This document shows positions 54,601 to 64,000 of a stretch of DNA of 64,000 bases, one piece after another. The DNA lies in NCBI GenBank assembly GCA_965153455.1, contig OZ234493.1, positions 9,166,213-9,230,212 of the forward strand, written 5' to 3'. The notes beneath the pieces were generated by a model, which saw nothing but the letters and a program-made list of their open reading frames with translations, did no database searches and was not told the origin of the DNA. Numbering within the stretch: position 1 is the stretch's first letter; every line of letters begins with the position of its first letter. The position numbers were made by a program, and so were the translations under genes. Origin of the DNA: Sphagnum compactum. Lineage: Eukaryota.

Positions 54601-57600
54601 GATACAGGAGGTTTTGATATTCACTGACCTCTAACTGAATGGAAAGTGTCCATGCATTTTCATCATTCACATTCTCTCCACGTATATAGGGGTTCATCCA
54701 CTGCCATTGTAGACAATAACCCCAAAATGTGTTTGTTGTAAGAAAAGGATCTGCAAATAATTTGATTCAACCTGAATGGGAGCTTCTAAACAAAGAACAA
54801 AATTCCAGCAGTCTTTACAAACCTGCAAGTGCATGAGTATCTCAAGAATCTTCTTGAATAGATCTGCTTGATTTCTCAGCATGTTGACAGCAACATTTGT
54901 GTTCAAAATCAACCGAAGATCGCCTTGAGGTCGCAAGTACACCTATATACCAAGCATTTATTTAATCCCCTGTCATTGAACTCTGAATTACATTGCACAA
55001 GTCTCCGCGACTACGAACATCCCAATGACAGGCATCATGACCATTGTCAGCACCAGATCTTTCTATGTGTTAGGACCTTGAAACTTGGAAGCCAGAGTGT
55101 ACACTCCAACCAGGAGAATGCAATGTGGCTGCATGGAAAATTCCAACAAACATAATACCGTATTATATCTTGATATAGATGGCCAACAATTACAGCATTG
55201 AGTTACAATTACCAAAATCATGATCTGCTCCAGTAGTAGATAACTTGTAACCCAGCACAATTAGACCAAACAACAAAAAGCACTTTGCAAACTCATAGCC
55301 AGGTACCAACCTTATGTTTGATTGCAGCATGCCCAACATCAACAATAGAATGATCCCTAATCAACAATCCACGATCAAGAGCATCAGCAATTACCCAAAA
55401 AGCCTACACATACCAAAAGACGTTTTCCCGATGAACCCAATATTACAAAACGCACCACAGTTCAAACTTATTCTGTAAAAAGAGTTGTGACTCTTCAGCT
55501 GGGATCAGGGGATAAGAGTTTTGTAAGACTTTCATCTCTCATCTTTGCAAACCACATCACCAAGTGTTAAGGAACCCAAAAGTATGTCTGTCAACAAGTT
55601 GATACTGGTGCTACACCAACTACATGGCATGCTCATATGCTATGCTATAACAACATAACCACCAGCAAAATCTGTTGGATATGGTATATACCCTTTGGTA
55701 CAACGAGATATCACATCGCAAAAAACAGTAGTAAAGCATTCCAGTAAGTTGTGGTCCTCAATGAGTTTGTTTGTAATATCTGGCACATTGAATAGTTGGA
55801 CCATAACTGCAAAACCCAGTTTCCATCTTCTTAGAATTTGAGCAGCAAAACAAAGTTTGGGGTACCAAGTCAACAAGAGCTTTGACTGGAGGCAGAAACA
55901 CAACAGCAGAAACTCAAGGAAACACAAACAGCAACAGAATATTACTTCTTTTGAACTTGCTCTACACATCATTCAGGTAAGGAAAGAACAAATATGAATG
56001 ACAGGCCTGCTGACAGAGGAGCTCAAAGCTGTGACATACCTCTGTCTAGATTTGTGTCAACATATTGATAGTTACGGCGGAGAACTTCATCATCCACAGC
56101 AGGAATTACGATTTTTTCATACTTGTCCTTAAGCACCTTTGAGAAATCATGCTTGAACTCACCTTTGTACAGCAATTGCAAGAATAAAGTTGTCTCCTGC
56201 ACCCAACATAAGCAGGGTCTCAGAAATGCTCCGAACCACTGTACCTAGTAGGTACTGCATGAACTTGGCACAATACAACAATGCATGCTCACAAATCTGC
56301 AGAAAAGATCATTCACAATGCAGCCATGGATATGACTGTCCCAAATTACCGCTTCAATGACACGTTGTGACATTGATGGCAAGGTGTCGAGTAAAAGCTC
56401 CAATGGTGACGTCAAATTTGTGCTCTGCAAATGACAGGTAATACCAATCATGGACTGGTTACTGGCACGCCTTTCAAGTAAACATTCATGGGAGTTGCCG
56501 CTCTCTTTTCGCACAGACTCCTTTGCCTTCCAGGGAATCTAAGAAAAAGGACTTCATGTCCCTCTACCTTACATAGTAAAACAAGGCATCCTGTGAGATT
56601 TTTTTACCTCATCCCATCTTTGTACAAAGTTCCTGACCACATCTTCACACACAATATTGCGAAGAACATCAACAGAGCACACCTGCAAACAGAACACAGT
56701 AGATCTGGTCAACTAAGCCCATGTCACAATGATTACAATTAGTCAGCCCTCAAGAATTGAAGGAGCGGGATCATGTGTCCATTCACCACATCCTTTGTAG
56801 CATTCCAAGCCCCAACATCAAAGAAGACAGCATTCCTCCAAAAGCTGACACTACCAACTTGCAAAAGACTAGTATGAAGCTGCTTTCAGCAACACAATCG
56901 CTGCCTAGTATCAAAACCGCACATGAGAGAGACAACAAGAGAGGAAACAAAGACCCATGCATGAACACATTGGTGTGGAAGAGTACATTGTCCCAGCCAT
57001 AAGACTCACCTGTTGTGACCACTGCAAGTATTTCAAAGCCATTGTCTCATCATGCTCATGCATCGGGCCTGTTGTTTTCTTTAGGATAACTACCCATATT
57101 GAAAGTTCTCTTAAGACACAGCACACTGGATTCAACAATAAAGGTCAGTCCACATGTACAGAAAAATCTGTCACAGAACCAGTTGTCATTCTCAAGCCAA
57201 AAGTGGTCACCTTCCAATAAAGGGAAAACAGATACCCATCATGGAATCTCAGATGACCCCTTCCTAAATGCAACTGAATCATTTGGCAATACAATGTACC
57301 TCCTGTGGCATTTCAGATTTACAGATCCCCATAGAGCAGAAACTACAAATTCTAGGTAATTGAAGCAAATGTTGATGCCATGAGAGGGAATCGGCCTTCT
57401 GTTATTCAACAGTTCCATCCTCATGCACAGAGAGAAGACCTAACCATCACCAGTGTCAGTAAGATCATTCACTAGTCCATGTGGGGCTTTTCATTTGTTC
57501 TGTAATGCATCCTCAGACACTTGGAACACACTTCAATTCTTTTGGCTTCTACCAGGAAGCAAGTGTGGCAGCAAGGGGAAATTTGATGCAGTGGATGTTC

Positions 57601-60514
57601 CTGAAAATGAAAACAAGAAGATACAATATGAAGGGCAGATCCATGGCAATGTCCATGCATGCCAAAGACCTAAAACTAAGATGGATCAAAGACATACCTG
57701 CTTCATGTGTCTTGTCCACAAGTTCATCTTCCAATGTGCACATCTGTACTTGCAAGCTCCCATGTATGTTGCAGAAGCTGTAAAATTGCAAGTTAAAACT
57801 ATCCTTGTGAGAACAATGCAACCAAAGTTGTTTCCATAACCTCACTGTGCACACTAACCATGACAAACGTCTTTGAGAAGGATTGAATAGGATATGATTG
57901 GTTTGTGATCCTCATATTGCTCAATTTCTCATGATCTCATTATCATGTTTCAGTTCTGATTTGTTCAGAATCAGAAGACAGATTAGCTCTTCCACACAAG
58001 CAAATTGAATCCCCTGTTGGCCTAATGAGACCCTTCGAACCTGGCTCAGTCATTTGGGCTCCTCTCATGATATGACTGTTACTGGGTAAATCTGGAACCC
58101 TCTGAGAGCTTGATACAATCTATCAACACCTGTTACCAGAAGCAGAGTGTTTGGAAATGTCCATCTCAAATAAAAGGCAGTTACCTTGAGAATGAACAGA
58201 TATTCAGCAGCGCGTTTCTAATACACATAGCATCAGTTTTCTTCAAACATATATCATTACTCAGATGTGAGGAGCATTAATCTGCCAATGTATGGATCCT
58301 AACTCTCACCATTTACCTCCAAAGTGCTGGTGAGAGAGTGGTCTTGAAGGAGGGGCCCTATAAAGCACCCATCAGGACTGAGGAATAGAAGCAAGAAGTT
58401 TGATGAACTGTTTGTAAGGGACTTCTGAGTTTCTCAACCAGAGTTGGCTCCTTTATAGCTGAAAGCAAGCTTCTAAGGACTCCTTGAACTTCTGGAAACC
58501 CTCAGTGGAAAGGCACAATGACCCGTTTACTGGTGCCATAGTTACCTGCCTAATGCTCTACCATGAGTGTGGTACTCACCCTGATATCTTCCAAGCATCT
58601 TTGTCCCCACAATCACAGCACCCTCCAGACTCACTGTGATACATGACTGCATTCCAACCACAAAGTCTTAGACACTAAATTCAAGGACACACATATGTAC
58701 ATATATATGATTGCAGAAAGAAACTCCAGAAGGACATGTAAGGTAACCAAATCAATGTTGTATCAGTTCCAGCCAAATAAAACAAATACAATGTGTTGGA
58801 TGACCACAACAAAGTAAGGCTCATCAGATTCTCAGAACCAATTGATCATTTTTTTTTGCCAGGAATACTTGGTAAGATGATTGGCAAGAATGACAGAGTA
58901 CAAATTTGATGAGCAAAAGTACCATAATCGTGGTTGCGGTGGTCCCCAGCTTGAAAACAGTCGACACAAATTGCACTGCAATCAATACCATGAACAAAGT
59001 CAGTAACTAGTGAGCTAGATGAATAGCATCAGAGGTCATCTGCTCAATAGAATTCCATCTTAACATTCAAGGACCCAGATACAGCAATTGGGGTGTGTGT
59101 GTTGCACACCCAGCTGCATAAAACTCAACAGGAACTGCCAACATCTTTCTGCCCTGAGTCTTTGACTCAAACCACTGCTACATTCAATACAGATCTAGGA
59201 AATAGCAGAGAAAACTCCCAATTGCATTTGGAATGTAAATGGTATGTCAGTTTCTGAGAATTTTCTACAAGCATCTAACCCTATGGCACAGAGAGGCCAA
59301 AATAGAAGGAAGTGGTTTGGGGCCTCCTGCACCTTGAACACATTGGTTTAAGGACACCACTGGGGACTACTTGGATTGCAGTACATTCACTTTAACCATG
59401 TTCTGTACAGTGTTATCAATCCTTATTCCAAATACCCATCTCTCAGACAAACCCTCCCCCTCCTTGAGGTTCACCAACCTAAGCCAATGAGCCAGAGTTG
59501 TGCTTAAACACTCGCCAAATGCAAGTGCCACAACATGAGATATTCCCTTGTCTTCTGTCCAAATGCTTGAGAATTTCACAATGCCCATTTCAGTAATCCT
59601 TTTTTTTCTTGCACAGAATAAAAAATGGAAAAAGCTCATCTCAGGATGGATGACACACCAAAAAAGCAGGCCCTTTGTGAGACCATAAAACATAGACACA
59701 GATTCTCCCATTTTCAAGCCAGAGACTTTGATGCCCAGCAGGCAGTCTGCATGCATGTACCACCACAAGAGCCATCTAACAAAAACCTTTTCCTCTTTGT
59801 TTGTGAAAGATAAAGCTTCAAATCAGTTTGAAGAAGTCAAACCCAATAAAAAAAACAGGACTTGGAAAATTTCCACCTTGAGTCATTCAATTGACATGTT
59901 CTGCATCGGTATGCAATTTTCCCCTTGGCCCACACCTTGTTGCACTGCTGTTCCCCCTTGGCACGGAGCTCCTCAGTGTGCGATGCCAAATCCTCTCTGC
60001 CGCACATGGAGAAGTTGAGATCCCTTAAACCCTTTTCTGCACTCTCATTATCACTCCATTTTGGTTCGCCTGAAATCATTGTAGACTGGACGAATTCCTC
60101 CCCCGCACACTCCCTTGCAAACTTCTAGGGCATTCTGAGGTCTTGCTCCATGTTTGTTCTTTTCTTTTCTTCTTGGATCAAGCCTTATGGGTGCGTTCAG
60201 AAACTATAACCCAAAAAAATTCCAGGACACCGACCACAGATCACCCACCGACCATGGACACTGCCGCAACTTCAAGAACCTTCTTGCGGGGAGCGAGCGA
60301 TGTAGACGTTCTTGGGTTGCCGTCAAGAGGGCAACCCACCATTGGGTATTTAGGTTTTCCCCCTCGGCTGTGCGCACTTGACGGTTGTCGTTATCTAAAT
60401 ATTTACGAGATTGCGAAGAAGAAGACTCCACAGCAACAACAACTCGCAGTGACGACGATGATGATGAGTAAGGATGATAACCTTACGGGAGCCGCCGACC
60501 ATCTCCGCCACCAT
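42669..60514 (-). CDS. Large multi-exon UBR-box/RING-H2 E3 ubiquitin ligase (N-recognin family, PRT6/UBR1-3-like)
   Basis: UBR box split over exons ~60135-59877, ~58975-58922 and ~58648-58581 (CNKVWAKGKIAYRCRTCQLNDS.AICVDCFQAGDHRNHDY.MYHSESGGCCDCGDKDAWKISG); RING-H2 (CVLCK...QCCGHQMHLSCFQDY...EFLCPTCRRLANVILP); C-terminal EPAICLICG and IYLDHHGEEDLYLRR; stop at 42669-42671. The start ATG at 60514 is inferred and not all exons were traced. Confidence 0.88.
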
Positions 60515-60619
60515 CAGTAGTTACCAAATTTCTGAAAATACATAACACACACACACACACACACACAGAGTCGTACACCCTCCCTCTAACAGATTTCCTT
60601 GGCAGTTGCTGCTCCACTA

Positions 60620-60865
60620 CTATGGCAGAGAGTTACAATGGCAGTTGCTCTGATCCAGAATTCTTTTGGGCATCAGCACCCACTGTCGCAGCTGAAAACA
60701 CATAATCAAAGGAATTGTTATTGGAGCTTGATTTGGTGCCCAGTCACAGCTTGCTGATTTGGGATTCGTGCACCTTAGCGTCCTTAGGTAATGGAATAAC
60801 CTCCTCATCAAGAAGCTAATCATTTGGTGACCAAGATGTAAGAACTCGTCAGCTGCTCCAATCAT
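60620..60865 (-). promoter_or_regulatory. Candidate 81-codon uORF in the UBR gene 5' leader
   Basis: ATG at 60865, TAG at 60620-60622, upstream of a short putative leader intron (~60576-60533) and the inferred main ATG at 60514. Confidence 0.3.
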
Positions 60866-63800
60866 CACGATCCAATCTCCTCCACCTTCTCCTCCTCGTC
60901 CTCAGATGAGTGAGGAATGAAATAAGAGATGGAGGCCCGTGAGAAGGCTCCAAAGATCAAGCAAAAAATTTCTTCTTCTCTTTCTCCCCAAATCCACGAT
61001 CCTCGTTGGAAATCGAGCCTAATAATATTCTTTAGAAACGATACCCAAACTGGCAACGATGCACAGCTGCTGCACCATATCACAAAACCCAGAGAAGCAT
61101 AAATCTCAACAACCCTTTTTCTGTTTTTTTTTTTGGGTTTACTCACAAATTGCAAGAAACCCAAGAACAGAAACTCCTCCTCGATGCAACCAGTTCGATG
61201 CAACCAGGCAGATCTTTTTTTTTTCCGGACTCAGCAAAAACTCCTCAGAAAGCCAAAGAAAAACCTCCTCAGAGAGTGTCAGATGAAGCATTATGTGTCT
61301 GTCTACTGGGAAAAGCGTTCACTGTTCATTCATTTAGCACACCACCAAAAAAGTACCAACACGGAAACAATACCGACGAAAGAAAAAACCCCCCAAACAC
61401 ATTAGAATACCTACTCATTAGAACTAAAAGCTGTCGCGAGTCTTTCGCTGCAAGACACCAGAAGACGTGGGGATGACAATTTCCTTTGGTCAATCAGCAA
61501 CAAGCAAACGCAGTTTCTGCGAACTCCCGAGTGTACCCAAAACTCCACAAAAACGTCGGCTGCTCGAATTATGGTGGGCGGGAAGAACGTGCACCCAGTG
61601 TGCGTGCCGTCTGCGTGCGATCTCTTGGGTTTTTTGCAAATTGTTCTCGCTCTTTTCTTCTGCTCTCTTGCAATTTCTCCTTCTCTTCCCTCAACTACTC
61701 TTGGCAGCTATTCTTTAAACCCATTCTTTGACTTTTATTGTTCACCTACTCACTCTCAAATCAAATCTGGACTCAACAAATTCGCTCTCAAAAAATTTCC
61801 TCCAAACTTTCTTGCACAAAATCCCCTCCCAAATTTACATGGTGTGTTTTGTAGAAGGGGTATTATTAGCTGATGAGACCAAGAAAAAATTTGGTGGTGA
61901 GGGGTTGTGGTGGGGATGGAAATTTTGTTGGCCTTATTGTGTTTGGATTCACTATAGAGAGTATATTAGCTTTAATGGACTTTGGCCCCTAGGTAACTAA
62001 TAATAATAGGTCTATTTTTATTATATAGAGGATTTTTGAAAGATCATATATTTTGGCTTGTGTTGAAACTTGAGATTAGTTACAGAATTATGTATAATAA
62101 TATCTTGAACAAAATTGGTTTCTTTCTTTTCGAGGATATTTTTTGAAGATTATTTTTTTGCATGGTAAAAATATTTGAGTTTCCATAATTCTTCGTTTTG
62201 CCTTAAAGATTTTTTTTTTAATGTAAAATGGGCAAGGCCACAGTGCAACACAACAACACCCCTTGTTTTTAATTTTTGTGTTCTTTGTTCCCATGTGTTC
62301 TCAATGATGTTTGTCAAATTCCCAATGAGTTCCTCAAGATGTTTCTCTAAGTTCCTAATGTGTTCCCCCAAGGGTGTTCTCAACAGCACCTCACTTTTAT
62401 CCCATCAAAACAGTACTTGGGAGACAGCCCATCTAATGAATAAGAGAGGTGAATACCTCCTCCCACCCATTTGCACTCGGTCTAGAAGAGCCTCAGCAGT
62501 CTTCACACATGTTTGTTGAATAATTAATTGGTTTTGAAATTTTCATTTCAACAAACAGAATATTCTGAAATATTCAATAAGAAAAGAAATCCACAAAATT
62601 TCAAATTTTCTGAAAATAATATAATGAGTGTCGAACCTGCCAAGGTAATAATAGGGTGATCAAAACTGCAAATAAAAGCATTCTAAGAAATTTCGGAGAA
62701 TATATCAAGACCAATCAGCCTACAATGCCAAAATTCAACATTTCTGAAAATAATATGATTAATGTCAAAAGCGATATCGTAGTACAATGTACTACGACGA
62801 CATATTTATGGCTCTACACATTGAAGATTCTATATTGGCAAATAGAACATACCCTAGTACTCCCCAAAAAAACAAAAGAAAACCTCTTTTTTCCTTCACA
62901 AAATTTGGTTATTTGAAAAATATATATTATTTTGAAAAATTCAACAATAATCAATGTGGAAGCTGCAAGGGTACTATGATAATAAGAAGGGGGAGGTGGT
63001 GTATAGAAATGTTTTCTTTCTATTGTGAAATGGTATTAAGAAGGAAGGTTGCCTTCTATTTCTTTATCGAGAGTGAATGGCCAATCTGAACTTCGTAAAA
63101 TGTCCTAGTATACCGGGCATGGGAATATATAGGAAACATGAATGGCCAACATGTCCTAGTATACTGGGTGTGGGAATATTTAGGTATGGTTTCCAACGAT
63201 TTTGTTTACATATTGCAAAGGCTGCGAAATTTCATGCTGAGCATTATATATGCTCGTGACAATTGAAAATCCAATTCTAAACATCCCCCAAACCTTAACC
63301 ATTCAAAAGAAGAAGATACGATTTGTACACGTGATAAGGCTTATTACCTTTCACAACTTGACATTTGCGACCAATGTTATTTGTAACCTACCTTCAAAGC
63401 TATCCATCTATAAAATGCATATACATGTCGACCTTATTATCTTATGTCCTTTCCTTCAATTGCGTTTGAATTTTGTGTTTCAATTCATAACTAGTTATCT
63501 TGATTCCTTCAACTTCTTTTCAATTAGGTGTTTCAACCCATATGCATTGTTGACCTAGCCATCTTAATTCCTTCAACTACTTGTGAATTTGGTGTGCCAT
63601 GCGCACACATAAAACAAAGCAAATTAGATTTTGTTGGATTCATGTGTTTAAACTCACATGAGGAGCTAAAATTTATTGAGATAAAATAGATCCCTTAATT
63701 ATTCAATTCAAAAGGTCTCACACTTTTTTTTTTTGTCATGCACTCTGGACTCATTGTTTTAGTAGTAACATGGCCATGGTGTTCTGACAAAACCATCATA

Positions 63801-64000
63801 CATGTGAGGATTGCAAAGCACACAACCCCTTCTAACAATCCATTGGTACCACACTTGGGATTCTACCAAGGTACAAAAAGAAATCACATATTGATTGTCT
63901 ATTACCCCAGTCTAACAAAAATTATATTACAAAACAAGATGTCCCAAATTCTGAATAAATTAGTAGAATTGGTAAGTTGTAGTTGTTAGAATTGGTATGT

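Overview
AT-rich, intron-rich eukaryotic DNA from a land plant; the repeat types look moss-like (Sphagnum-like), but that is an impression only. There are three apparently intact genes: CSP41a (2493-4775, -), an RLCK-VII/PBL-type kinase (29151-33163, +) and a large UBR-box/RING E3 ligase of the PRT6/UBR family (42669-60514, -). The notable structure is a 15.4-kb composite insertion (10587-25958) flanked by a ~90-bp direct repeat. It holds (i) a 7.05-kb Helitron with both canonical ends, an internally deleted RepHel, and captured fragments of two carotenoid-pathway genes (a CCD1-type exon and two ORANGE exons in permuted order), and (ii) an ~8-kb near-identical inverted copy of the 3' half of the UBR gene, in which the exonic indels I noticed all preserve the frame. 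A third short inverted copy of the UBR 3' end (40252-40892) forms a fold-back just downstream of the intact gene. The rest is MITEs, decayed retrotransposons and tandem arrays. All protein assignments are from recalled family motifs, not database searches.
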